A stretch of DNA of 64,000 bases from an uncultured Clostridia bacterium (lineage in GTDB: Bacteria; Bacillota; Clostridia; Christensenellales; UBA1242), in assembly GCA_934754495.1 (NCBI GenBank), contig CAKVHW010000002.1:138925-202924 (forward strand), in the 5' to 3' direction. The translations under genes and the position numbers were made by a program. The notes under the pieces were generated by a model. It made no database searches and was not told where the DNA came from. It saw nothing but the letters and a program-made list of their open reading frames with translations. Positions 40,816 through 49,598 of this stretch are shown here, one piece after another. The number at the start of each line of letters is the position of its first letter. Positions within the stretch are counted from its first letter, which is position 1.

Positions 40816-41766
40816 TTAGATACAACGTGTAGGTATGCCAATTTCACCAATCCTATCTTCCAATGCCAAAATTGAATTGGCAGGAGTAAGATATGCGCCC
40901 TTAATTAATAGCTCTTGCGAAACTATTTCGCTACTATTATCATAACCAACTTCCATTCCGTCTGTTATGAATGCTCTTTCTGCTACATTCTTTAACAATT
41001 GCTCTTGTTCTGGACTCATAACTTCTAAGTTTTTAATTGAATCAAATTCAAAAACTGCTTTTTTATTTACAATTTCGTCATTAATTTCGGCTTCAGCAAC
41101 TTTCTTTATTGGTTTATAGTCAATTTTAGTTGATGTTGTGCTTTTATTCATTGCCTTATCAACAACTTCAGCAGAAATAAATTTGTTTTCACTTAATAGG
41201 AAATCAATTGTTCTTTTTTCTGCAGAACCAATTGTTAGCATTAATGAAGCTGCCAACATTTGAGTTGCTGCAATGTTAAGACCTGCCGCTTGGTCTCTTA
41301 CATCGTTTATAATGTTTTTAGTAACTGTTGTTTGGCAATTAGCATACATATTCATAACACACAACAAAAAGTTTCTTGCAACTTGTTCTCTACCAAGTTC
41401 TTCTGGCATAAAGTTAATGCTTGCAAGTATAAGCCCTTGCTCTAAAAAGCGATCACAATATTCTTTAAACAATCTGCATTTTTGTGTAACAAGTTGAATC
41501 ATCTTAACTGGAGTATCAACAACACCAATTTTTTCTGCAATATCTTGAGTTTCTTTTTCAAACGATTTGCTTATATAATTAAAAAATGCTTTTTCTTTAT
41601 TGCCACAATCAGCATACTTAATTTCATTTGCATCTTTTAAGTTTTGAAGTGCAGTTGCAGATTCGCCACCATTAATACTTTTGTAATATGAATCACTAAC
41701 AACAAAACTAAAATCTCTATTTCCAATATTAACAATAAATTTTATTTTATTTTTCTTATCTCTCAT
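40816..41766 (-). CDS. Hypothetical protein (orphan); no recognisable domain
   Basis: Long ORF. ATG 41766 (MRDKKNKIKF...) follows AGGGGTGA. The track's start at 41799 would overlap the upstream stop as ATGA. Its own terminator lies downstream. Confidence 0.65.
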   Translation of the reverse strand: MRDKKNKIKFIVNIGNRDFSFVVSDSYYKSINGGESATALQNLKDANEIKYADCGNKEKAFFNYISKSFEKETQDIAEKIGVVDTPVKMIQLVTQKCRLFKEYCDRFLEQGLILASINFMPEELGREQVARNFLLCVMNMYANCQTTVTKNIINDVRDQAAGLNIAATQMLAASLMLTIGSAEKRTIDFLLSENKFISAEVVDKAMNKSTTSTKIDYKPIKKVAEAEINDEIVNKKAVFEFDSIKNLEVMSPEQEQLLKNVAERAFITDGMEVGYDNSSEIVSQELLIKGAYLTPANSILALEDRIGEIGIPTRCI

Positions 41767-41795
41767 TTTCAATTCACCCCTATATAAATAGTTTA

Positions 41796-42395
41796 TCATA
41801 CATTCTCTCTAATGTCAATTGTACAACCTTTTTTAGCTGTGTGCTTTTCAAGTGCACTCTTATACTCATCTAGCCTATTTTTAGCCTCAACAACCCTACT
41901 ACGGTTTTTCGAACTGTCCACAATTCTTGCAATGTTGTATTCGCCCTTTAACTCAGTATAAATAAATGCCAATGCAAAAGGCACAAGATTACTACTAACA
42001 GTGCCATTATGTACATATACACAAGTTTTTTCCCAATCTTCATAGGCTTCAATTCTGGTGTAAGTTGGCGATTGCTCAGCATACAATCCCCTACCATTAA
42101 TATTAAAATAGCACACCCTCAAATAGTCGGCAAAACGTCTTGATTTTAGTAACAAGTTTTTGTCGGTTTCGCTTATCTGCAATGCGTCTTCATCACAAAG
42201 CCCTTTGCAATCGTTAAGGTTGTAACCATTAGATAACATTTGTTGTTTCATTCCCATTAGAGCCGTATGAATACTAATGATTATATCGTAATCGTTTTTC
42301 TTATCAATAGGCAATATTTCCTTAAAAATTTTGCCGTCATCAATTTGCAGATAAAACTTTAATCTATAATGATTTTTTATTTCAAATTTAAACAT
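41796..42395 (-). CDS. Hypothetical protein (orphan); no recognisable domain
   Basis: 199-aa ORF, first gene of a two-gene unit. It is preceded by TGATATAAT (-10 at about 42419-42414) and by a terminator upstream. Confidence 0.6.
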   Translation of the reverse strand: MFKFEIKNHYRLKFYLQIDDGKIFKEILPIDKKNDYDIIISIHTALMGMKQQMLSNGYNLNDCKGLCDEDALQISETDKNLLLKSRRFADYLRVCYFNINGRGLYAEQSPTYTRIEAYEDWEKTCVYVHNGTVSSNLVPFALAFIYTELKGEYNIARIVDSSKNRSRVVEAKNRLDEYKSALEKHTAKKGCTIDIRENV

Positions 42396-42444
42396 TTTTT
42401 ACCCTATATAAATATTATATCATAAGTTAAATTAAAAATAAAGA

Positions 42445-42481
42445 AAAAGTTTTTAACAGCATTTAGCTATTAAAAACTTTT
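42445..42481 (-). terminator. AT-rich hairpin terminator after the 153-aa orphan gene
   Basis: AAAAGTTTTTAA (42445-42456) pairs with TTAAAAACTTTT (42470-42481). A T-rich tract follows on the minus strand. Confidence 0.5.
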
Positions 42482-42490
42482 AATAAAACC

Positions 42491-42952
42491 TTATTTTATT
42501 TTATAAATATCTCTTTCAAAAGTATCTTCAATATCAGCAATACGTTTTGAAATTTTCTTGGCCATTTGCATTGCGTGATAGTTAATAAGTGCTTGTTTAT
42601 AGTCTTCGTGTTCGTTGTTTTCCAACCCCTTAGCATGGTCATTTACAAAGTTAAACCAACGTTTGTCATAATCACTAAGTCTACCGGTTTTTTCATCAAA
42701 GTCTTTGCCACTTAAAGTAGAAAATTCACCAAGTTCTTCCTTATCCCAAACTTCACCATTTTCTTCAACCATGTAATTTACTTTAAACACTGGTTCGCCA
42801 AGTTCGTTTTTACCTCTTACTACATCTATTCCAAAGGTTTTTGTTGGGTACTTTCTTTTAAACCAAGCTACTACGGATGTAGTTTTGCTGTTCATTAAAA
42901 AATCTTTTACTTCTTCGGTTTTAATTCTGCACAAAAAATTGTTTGTAATCAT
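42491..42952 (-). CDS. Hypothetical acidic protein (orphan)
   Basis: 153-aa ORF with an AAGGAAG RBS, monocistronic between hairpins. No motif recognised. Confidence 0.6.
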   Translation of the reverse strand: MITNNFLCRIKTEEVKDFLMNSKTTSVVAWFKRKYPTKTFGIDVVRGKNELGEPVFKVNYMVEENGEVWDKEELGEFSTLSGKDFDEKTGRLSDYDKRWFNFVNDHAKGLENNEHEDYKQALINYHAMQMAKKISKRIADIEDTFERDIYKIK

Positions 42953-43056
42953 AAAAAATATACTTCCTTAAAAATTAGGTGATGAGATTATATCACCTAA
43001 AAAGCAAAACTTCAAGGGCTTTTTACAAAAATATTGTACTTTTTTGTCGCTTTTTG

Positions 43057-43518
43057 TTATTTGGCATATACACAGAAAAAATGTTGCAAAATATCCATTC
43101 GGCTTTTAAGTAATTTTATCATGCATTGCTTATCGGCAATACTATTTTTTAAGGTTAAAATTTTTATAATTTTATCTATAAGTTCCATTTCACACTTGCA
43201 ATAATCACAACAGTTTCTATTAAAATCTTTATCACAACAATACCTATAGTCTAGGTTTCTTCTACAGCCACAACTTAGTGCTGTAATCTTGTCGTTTGCG
43301 GTGTCATCAATTAGTTTTTTTAAAAAATCCGCATTTCCAACATCTTTATTTTCTACCCATTTTAAAAGGCTTTCGCACTTAAACAGAAGTTCGTATATCT
43401 CATCAAGTTCGGCAAGTTGACGAAGGTGTGACACTTCACATATTTCTTCCGACCTTTTAAATTCGGTGTTCATTTTTTCCACAACTTCACCACTTGCCAA
43501 TAATTCATCGTTATACAT
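43057..43518 (-). CDS. Hypothetical cysteine-cluster protein
   Basis: 153-aa ORF with 9 Cys within 29 residues (CGCRRNLDYRYCCDKDFNRNCCDYCKCE), flanked by predicted helices. Confidence 0.6.
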   Translation of the reverse strand: MYNDELLASGEVVEKMNTEFKRSEEICEVSHLRQLAELDEIYELLFKCESLLKWVENKDVGNADFLKKLIDDTANDKITALSCGCRRNLDYRYCCDKDFNRNCCDYCKCEMELIDKIIKILTLKNSIADKQCMIKLLKSRMDILQHFFCVYAK

Positions 43519-43552
43519 CTAAAAATCCCCCAATAAAATATATGATTAAAAG

Positions 43553-43580
43553 TCAAAAAAAAGAAGTGAAACACACTTCT
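43553..43580 (-). terminator. Rho-independent terminator downstream of recR
   Basis: AGAAGTG (43562-43568) pairs with CACTTCT (43574-43580). A T8 run follows on the minus strand. Confidence 0.65.
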
Positions 43581-43586
43581 AATTTT

Positions 43587-44180
43587 TTAATATTCCTTAC
43601 GGTCTTCTAATGCTTTTGTTAAGGTCACTTCATCAGCATATTGTAGGTCACTACCCATTTGAATACCTTGGGCAAGACGTGAAACTTTTACACCTAGCGG
43701 TTTGATAAGTTTTGCAATATACGAAGCCGTTACTTCACCTTCAACATCTGGATTTGTGGCAAGTATAACTTCTTTAATATTTTCGCTATTAATTCTTTCT
43801 ACAAGTTCCTTAATTCTAATGTCGTTTGGTCCTCTATTTTCCAGTGGACTAATTGTGCCGTGAAGCACGTGATAACGAACCTTGAAATTACGAGCCTTTT
43901 CAAGAGCAAGCACATCTTTAGGTTCTTTAACCACACACACAATATCACTTTTGCGGTTTTTGCAAATATCACAAATGTCGTTGTCGGTAAAATTACCACA
44001 AACACTACAATAGTGAATGTTTTTCTTGGCTTCAACAAGCGAGTTTGCCATAAAATTAACATCGTCCGCATTAAGTTTTATAATGCTGTAAGCGTATCTT
44101 TCGGCTGTTTTTTGTCCAACACCAGGAAGAAGTGTAAAAGCATTAATAAGTTTTTGCATGCTTTCAATATTGTTTGCCAT
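43587..44180 (-). CDS. recR: Recombination protein RecR
   Basis: LPGVGQKTAERYA helix-hairpin-helix, CSVCGNFTDNDICDIC zinc finger and a Toprim region. Confidence 0.95.
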   Translation of the reverse strand: MANNIESMQKLINAFTLLPGVGQKTAERYAYSIIKLNADDVNFMANSLVEAKKNIHYCSVCGNFTDNDICDICKNRKSDIVCVVKEPKDVLALEKARNFKVRYHVLHGTISPLENRGPNDIRIKELVERINSENIKEVILATNPDVEGEVTASYIAKLIKPLGVKVSRLAQGIQMGSDLQYADEVTLTKALEDRKEY

Positions 44181-44182
44181 TA

Positions 44183-44518
44183 TTAAAATAAGCCCCCAAT
44201 AGGATTATCGCCTTTTAAACTTTTTTCAAGTTCGTCCGCTTTTTTCACCGCTTCATTGATACTAGCCATAATAAGGTCTTCTAGCATTTCAATATCATCT
44301 GGATCAACCGCTTGTGGTTGGATTTTAATACTTTTTAGATTTTTGTGACCGTCAACTGCCACAGTAACCATTCCGCCCCCGGCTGTACCAATAAGCTCGG
44401 CGTCATTAAGTTCTTGTTCTGCCTTTTCCATTTGTGCTTGCATCTGTTCTTGCATTTTTTGTGCTTGACGCATAATGTTTTGCATATTTCCGCCAAAGCC
44501 ACCCATTCCTTTATACAT
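44183..44518 (-). CDS. ybaB: Nucleoid-associated protein YbaB/EbfC
   Basis: 111 aa with GTAGGGMVTVAVDGHKNLKSIKIQPQAVDPDD and a Q/M-rich N-terminus. It lies between dnaX and recR. Confidence 0.9.
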   Translation of the reverse strand: MYKGMGGFGGNMQNIMRQAQKMQEQMQAQMEKAEQELNDAELIGTAGGGMVTVAVDGHKNLKSIKIQPQAVDPDDIEMLEDLIMASINEAVKKADELEKSLKGDNPIGGLF

Positions 44519-44534
44519 AACCTATCTCCTTTTT

Positions 44535-46037
44535 TTAAACCAATGTAAATTTTTCTTTAAATTCGTTCTGTAAAAATTCTACAACATCAAATTCCTTTTG
44601 TTCATCTTGTTTTAAAATGTTTACAATAATTGTTTTGTCTACACTCTCAACATATTTTTTTAGAGTTTTTTCATTTGCCAAAATACTGTCAAAGTGCTCA
44701 GAAGCAACACTAATATTTAGCATATTTCCTTCCATGCTATGTTTGCTACTTTCTAGTGTAAGGTATAATTTAAACTCGTTTGCATTTCTAAGAGTAATTA
44801 GTAATTTGCCCCATATTTGTTTTTCGTCATATTGTTTTATTTTAGGCTCAACAATAATCTCTGGGGCACGATTAAAATTTAGATTTTTTTCTCCAGCACC
44901 ATTAATTTTTTTCTCTAAATCAGCAACTTTTGCTTCAAGCTTTGCAATTCTATTGGTGTCTGTAACAAGCCCAAGCACCACAATTTCAAATAGTGCACGT
45001 GGATTTTGTGTATATCTAAAATCTTGTTCTAGCCCACCAAGTGATTGCATAATGGTTAACACATCATTTACGTCACCAAGTTTTGCAAGTGCTTCAAGTT
45101 CTGCCAAAACATCGGCTGGGTATTTTAAAATATCCTTATAATTGTGACAAGTTTGCACAACTGCAATATCTCTAAAATATCCTACAAGGTCTTTAGCGAC
45201 CATTGAAAAGTTTTTGCCACTTTTTGCAATTTCATTAATGTAGTTAAGCAAGTTTTTAGTATTTTTCTTTAAAATATTTTCTGCAAGTTTATTTAACACT
45301 TGGTTGTTGGTAATTCCCACCGCTTCAACTACTGCATTATATGTCACATTTTTATTCGTGTATGCAACACACATATCAGCAATACTAAGCGTATCTCTCA
45401 CACTACCTTGACCAAGTTTTGCGATTAGCGAAACTGCTTCGTCTTCGTATTTAATTCCACTATCATCAAAAATATGTTTAAGATGTTTTTCAAGACCTTC
45501 ATTGCTAACAAGCTTAAAATCAAAACGCAAACACCTACTAAGAATAGTTGCTGGCAATTTTTGAACTTCGGTTGTACCTAAAATAAACACAACATATTTT
45601 GGTGGCTCTTCTAGGGTTTTTAGTAGTGCATTAAAAGCACTATCAGTAAGCATATGAACTTCATCAATAATATACACCTTATATTTTCCATTAACTGGTG
45701 GGTATTTTACTTTTTCACGTAAGTCCCTGATTTCTTCTACCCTATTGTTACTGGCAGCATCAATTTCGATAATGTCCATATTAGACGGATCACTTAAAAT
45801 TTTACAGGTGTTACACTTATTGCAAGGGCCGTTTTCAAAATGTTCACAATTAATAGCCTTTGCAAAAATACGTGCAATACTTGTTTTACCTGTTCCACGA
45901 GTACCAGTAAACAAATAGGCATGGCTAATTTGGTTGTTTTTAATTTGGTTTATAAGTGACTGTGTAATATGTTTTTGCTCAACAACTTCATCAAAATTAG
46001 TTGGTCTATATTTTCTGTATAGTGCTTGATATTCCAA
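44535..46037 (-). CDS. dnaX: DNA polymerase III subunit gamma/tau
   Basis: GTRGTGKTS Walker A, IIDEVHML Walker B, zinc module CEHFENGPCNKCNTC and SRC sensor motif. Confidence 0.95.
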   Translation of the reverse strand: MEYQALYRKYRPTNFDEVVEQKHITQSLINQIKNNQISHAYLFTGTRGTGKTSIARIFAKAINCEHFENGPCNKCNTCKILSDPSNMDIIEIDAASNNRVEEIRDLREKVKYPPVNGKYKVYIIDEVHMLTDSAFNALLKTLEEPPKYVVFILGTTEVQKLPATILSRCLRFDFKLVSNEGLEKHLKHIFDDSGIKYEDEAVSLIAKLGQGSVRDTLSIADMCVAYTNKNVTYNAVVEAVGITNNQVLNKLAENILKKNTKNLLNYINEIAKSGKNFSMVAKDLVGYFRDIAVVQTCHNYKDILKYPADVLAELEALAKLGDVNDVLTIMQSLGGLEQDFRYTQNPRALFEIVVLGLVTDTNRIAKLEAKVADLEKKINGAGEKNLNFNRAPEIIVEPKIKQYDEKQIWGKLLITLRNANEFKLYLTLESSKHSMEGNMLNISVASEHFDSILANEKTLKKYVESVDKTIIVNILKQDEQKEFDVVEFLQNEFKEKFTLV

Positions 46038-46039
46038 AA

Positions 46040-46621
46040 TTATTCTCCTTTTTTAAAGTTTGCAAGTTTTGTCTTAATTCTAGAAAGTGCATTGTCTACA
46101 CTTTTGTAAGTTACATTCAGCTTTTCTATTATATCATTATACTTGTAACCTTCCAAATAAAGTTGCAAGACTTGTTGTTCAAATTCGCTCAACTTATTTG
46201 AAATTAAGTCATTAAGATTTTTGTTGTTTTCTTCATAAATCACTTCAAGTTCGGGCGATAGTGTTGTGCTAGGAATAGACACAACTTTGTCGTCAATACT
46301 AAGTTCTCCTTGGTTGTTTAGCATAAGGCTATCGTTAAGCGGAATGTTTTTCTGGCTATGCGATTTCTTTATTGCATTAACAATTTGCTGTTCTACAAGT
46401 TTTCTTAAGTATGGTACAAAGTCACACTTTGTTTCGTCATAAGTATTAACCGCCTTAATAAAGCCAAACATACCTTCTTGAACAATATCATCATTGTTTC
46501 CGTCAATAAGGTAATACTTTTTGGCAATAACTAACACAATCTTTTTATATTTATCATACAACTCGTCTAGTGCTTTTTCATCACCAGCCTTGGCTAGTGC
46601 CAATAATTTATTGTCTTCCAA
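46040..46621 (-). CDS. sigH: Sporulation/stationary-phase sigma factor SigH
   Basis: DIVQEGMFGFIKAV...QKNIPLN closely parallels B. subtilis SigH, with a region 4 HTH at the C-terminus. It lies downstream of mrnC-rlmB as in Bacillus. Confidence 0.8.
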   Translation of the reverse strand: MEDNKLLALAKAGDEKALDELYDKYKKIVLVIAKKYYLIDGNNDDIVQEGMFGFIKAVNTYDETKCDFVPYLRKLVEQQIVNAIKKSHSQKNIPLNDSLMLNNQGELSIDDKVVSIPSTTLSPELEVIYEENNKNLNDLISNKLSEFEQQVLQLYLEGYKYNDIIEKLNVTYKSVDNALSRIKTKLANFKKGE

Positions 46622-46623
46622 TA

Positions 46624-47343
46624 TTATTTTTTCCTTTGTTTAAAAGATTCATATAGTGCAATTCCTGTTGCAACTGACACATTTAGTGAGTTTACTTTGC
46701 CCACCATATCTATTGTAAAAATACCATCGCATAGTTTTTTAGTAAGAGCACTTACACCAAAGCCTTCACTTCCCATAACTATTGCAATTGGTCCAGTAAG
46801 GTTTGTTTTTGCAATATCTTGTCCACCAAGTTCGCAAGCATACACCCACACTCCATTATTTTGCAAATATTTTATAGTGTCATTAAGATTTGTAACTTTT
46901 GCAACTTTAACGTAATTAGTTGCACCAGCACTTGTTTTAATTACAGTTTCATTCACCCCGCATGCACGGTTTTTAGGAATAATTACTCCACTTACACCTA
47001 AGCACTCACACACTCTAATTATTGAGCCCAAGTTGTGCGGGTCTTCCACTCCGTCCAAAATCAAGATAAATGGGTCTTTGTTTTTATCGTCATTTAAAAT
47101 ATCATCTACTTCACAATATTTAAACTCGTCTACAACAGCAATTAACCCTTGATGTTTTTTTGTTACACTTTCTCTATCTAACACATCATTGCTAACAAAT
47201 TGTAGTTTTACTTTGTTTTGTTTTGCAAGAGCAATAATATCATTAAATACTTTATCTTTACTGCTATTGCTTGCCAATAATTTTGATATTTGAGCACCAC
47301 TTGTTAGGGTCTCCCTAACAGCATTTCTTCCTTCAATTTTCAT
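46624..47343 (-). CDS. rlmB: TrmH-family 23S rRNA 2'-O-methyltransferase, RlmB/YacO-like
   Basis: SpoU/TrmH motifs (LDGVEDPHNLGSIIR, IVMGSEGFGVS, SLNVSVATGIALYE). Confidence 0.85.
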   Translation of the reverse strand: MKIEGRNAVRETLTSGAQISKLLASNSSKDKVFNDIIALAKQNKVKLQFVSNDVLDRESVTKKHQGLIAVVDEFKYCEVDDILNDDKNKDPFILILDGVEDPHNLGSIIRVCECLGVSGVIIPKNRACGVNETVIKTSAGATNYVKVAKVTNLNDTIKYLQNNGVWVYACELGGQDIAKTNLTGPIAIVMGSEGFGVSALTKKLCDGIFTIDMVGKVNSLNVSVATGIALYESFKQRKK

Positions 47344-47749
47344 TGTTTTCTCCTATACAAATACTTAAAATATAATTTAATCTCTCTTGGTCTCCAGCCA
47401 AATACAAGTATCCAAGCACTGCTTCAAGTCCTGTGGCACGTTTGTAGTCCACAACACTTGCATTTTTAGCAACCGATGCAGTTTTGTAATTTCGTGCACG
47501 TTTGTACACACTCATTTCATCTTCAGTCAAAATCGGCATGAGTTTTTCAATGGTTACACTTTGCTTACTTGCCTTAACATAATCGGTTGTAAGTTTGTGA
47601 AGTTCGCCACTTTTCGCATGATGCTCTAGCACTATTTTATTGCGTATAAATAGCGTATACACTCCATCTCCAACAAAAGCCAAAACCTGTGGATTTTCCT
47701 TTTTTAAATCTGATTTATCTAATGTTTTAAAATTAAAATAGTTATTCAA
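47333..47749 (-). CDS. mrnC: Mini-ribonuclease 3
   Basis: LAFVGDGVY and RAR motifs, 138 aa. It overlaps rlmB by 11 nt. Confidence 0.85.
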   Translation of the reverse strand: MNNYFNFKTLDKSDLKKENPQVLAFVGDGVYTLFIRNKIVLEHHAKSGELHKLTTDYVKASKQSVTIEKLMPILTEDEMSVYKRARNYKTASVAKNASVVDYKRATGLEAVLGYLYLAGDQERLNYILSICIGENNEN

Positions 47750-47891
47750 AATTATCTCCTAAATTTCCTTAATTATAGCACTTTTTTAAAAGTAGTCCAA
47801 CTAAAATAAAAAAGGCTTATACAATTGTTTTCATAATTTGGTGGTTTTTTAAATAAAATATTTTAACAAACCTTTGTATTAGGAGTAAATA

Positions 47892-48605
47892 ATGTTTGTA
47901 AATATCAAATTAAAAACCGTAATTGCCTTTATTCTTTCACTCGCCCTAAGTTTTGGCACATCTATTTATATATACAAAACAATCAATGCCGGTAGCACAC
48001 CAAAGTTTAGCCAAACAATAGTGATAGATGCAGGGCATGGTGCAAGAGATGCGGGTTGTAACGGAATAAACACAGGAGTAAAAGAAAGCGACCTTAATTT
48101 AAGCATTTCACAAAAACTAAAAAAATATCTTGAAGACTTTGGATTTAATGTTGTGCTAACTCGTGAAAACGATAGCCCTCTTTATAGTCCTAATGCAACA
48201 AATTGCAAACGTGAAGATATGGAAAAACGAGAGCAAATTATAAATAATGCAAAAGCCGACCTAGTTGTTAGCATTCACATGAACTCATTTCCAGAACCTT
48301 CTCAAAAGGGGGCACAATGTTTCTTCAATCCAAACAGTGAAGAAAGTAAAAAATTAGCCGATGCAATACAAGGGCAACTAAAAAAACAAATTGATAATGC
48401 CCAAAACGAAAGTCACAAAGGTGACTACTTTATTTTAAATCTTAGCGATACTACCCCAATCTCAATTGTCGAATGTGGCTTTTTAACTAATCCCGACGAG
48501 GAAAAACTGCTAATAACCGATAGTTATCAAAATAAAATTGCCTACACAATAATGTGTGGCATAATAGATTACTTTGGAATTGAAAACACATACAGTAAAA
48601 AATAA
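47892..48605 (+). CDS. cwlD: N-acetylmuramoyl-L-alanine amidase, CwlD-like (spore cortex)
   Basis: N-terminal TM helix. Amidase_3 motifs IDAGHGARD, SIHMN and GAQCFF. A central KREDMEKREQIIN segment parallels B. subtilis CwlD. Confidence 0.7.
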   Translation: MFVNIKLKTVIAFILSLALSFGTSIYIYKTINAGSTPKFSQTIVIDAGHGARDAGCNGINTGVKESDLNLSISQKLKKYLEDFGFNVVLTRENDSPLYSPNATNCKREDMEKREQIINNAKADLVVSIHMNSFPEPSQKGAQCFFNPNSEESKKLADAIQGQLKKQIDNAQNESHKGDYFILNLSDTTPISIVECGFLTNPDEEKLLITDSYQNKIAYTIMCGIIDYFGIENTYSKK

Positions 48606-48635
48606 AAACCAAAAGATTTTAACTTTTGGTTTTTG
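48604..48635. terminator. Bidirectional rho-independent terminator
   Basis: aaaAACCAAAAGattttaaCTTTTGGTTttt, between cwlD (+) and the 62-aa ORF (-). Confidence 0.65.
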
Positions 48636-48643
48636 ACATATTG

Positions 48644-48832
48644 TTATAGTTTTGTGGCTTGTTGTATAAAGTTTATGTCACGAAGTAGATGTTCTACATT
48701 ATCATAAGCAATGTTATACACTGTTCCATCAAGCATAAAAACTTTAAGATAGAATGTCCTACGCTTTTTATCTACCTTAAAACTAACTAAATTATTAACA
48801 TTAATTACAATACCACCAATGTCCAACAACAT
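48644..48832 (-). CDS. Hypothetical small protein (62 aa)
   Basis: ORF between two terminators. No motif recognised, so coding status is uncertain. Confidence 0.4.
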   Translation of the reverse strand: MLLDIGGIVINVNNLVSFKVDKKRRTFYLKVFMLDGTVYNIAYDNVEHLLRDINFIQQATKL

Positions 48833-48903
48833 AAAAAGTCCCTCTTACTTTTTGGTTATTATACCACAAGGTTTTGTATTTTGTAAACCCCAATTTTTTA
48901 ACA

Positions 48904-48938
48904 CAAAAAAACACAGACTTTATTTCTCTGTGTTTTTC
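48904..48938 (-). terminator. Rho-independent terminator downstream of greA
   Basis: ACACAGA (48911-48917) pairs with TCTGTGT (48927-48933). A T-run follows on the minus strand. Confidence 0.65.
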
Positions 48939-48945
48939 TTTTGTA

Positions 48946-49428
48946 TTAGTATTTAATGCTCATAATTTTAACGTGCATATCTGTTGTTGGGTCTGGAGTA
49001 TCTACAGTAACAACATCACCCTTTTTCTTACCCATTAATGCTTTTCCAATAGGACTTTCATTACTGATAAGGCCTTTAGTAGGGTCACTATCATAACTGC
49101 CAGTAATAGTAAATGTAAAGTCTTGATTAAAGTCAAGGTCCTTAACAACTACTACAGCACCTACATTAATAACTGAAGTATCAACCTTAACTTTGCTAAT
49201 AATTTTAGCATTGTGAAGGGTGTTTTCAATAGATATAATTTCTTGCTCTAAAATAGCTTCTTCTTCTCTAGCGGCATCATATTCGCTATTTTCACTAATA
49301 TCGCCATAGCTACGAGCTTCTTTAATTTTATTAGCAACGTCTTCACGACCAACACTTTTTAGTTCGGCAAGACGCGCCTTTAATTCTTCATAATTTTCTT
49401 TAGTTAGGTAAGTTGTATTATCCATCAT
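48946..49428 (-). CDS. greA: Transcription elongation factor GreA
   Basis: Coiled-coil N-terminal domain with SENSEYDAAREE, and a C-terminal domain with ISNESPIGKALMGKKKGD. Confidence 0.95.
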   Translation of the reverse strand: MMDNTTYLTKENYEELKARLAELKSVGREDVANKIKEARSYGDISENSEYDAAREEEAILEQEIISIENTLHNAKIISKVKVDTSVINVGAVVVVKDLDFNQDFTFTITGSYDSDPTKGLISNESPIGKALMGKKKGDVVTVDTPDPTTDMHVKIMSIKY

Positions 49429-49598
49429 AACCCTCCTTTTGTTTTCTTAGTACGCAAGATTATATATTAATAAAAAAAGTTTGTCAATAAAAAAAATACC
49501 AATTATATAATATTTTGTTTGCAAAAATTTATTCACTAAATTATAAAATTGTTTGTGAAAATTCCAACAATAATGTAATATATTATGTAAGGTTTTTT

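Noticed and set aside
41767-41799. ATGA stop/start overlap, implying strict translational coupling of the two orphan genes (track start 41799).
   Set aside because: A much better RBS (AGGGGTGA) precedes the internal ATG at 41766. The overlap start remains possible but is not the preferred model.
43057-43518. The Cys-rich protein as a CsfB/Gin anti-sigma-G homologue, because csfB lies near recR in Bacillus.
   Set aside because: As I recall, CsfB is about 64 aa with two CxxC pairs. This protein is 153 aa with a CxC/CC/CC-x2-C-x-C cluster. Only a positional analogy remains, so I did not call it.
44885-44925. Two A7 runs in dnaX (GAG AAA AAA ATT AAT... and GGA GAA AAA AAT...), near the domain III boundary. 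A -1 shift at the first would hit TAA one codon later, reminiscent of E. coli tau/gamma frameshifting.
   Set aside because: The heptamer does not fit X XXY YYZ, because G precedes the A-run. I saw no upstream SD-like element or downstream hairpin. In an AT-rich genome, off-frame stops right after A-runs are expected by chance.
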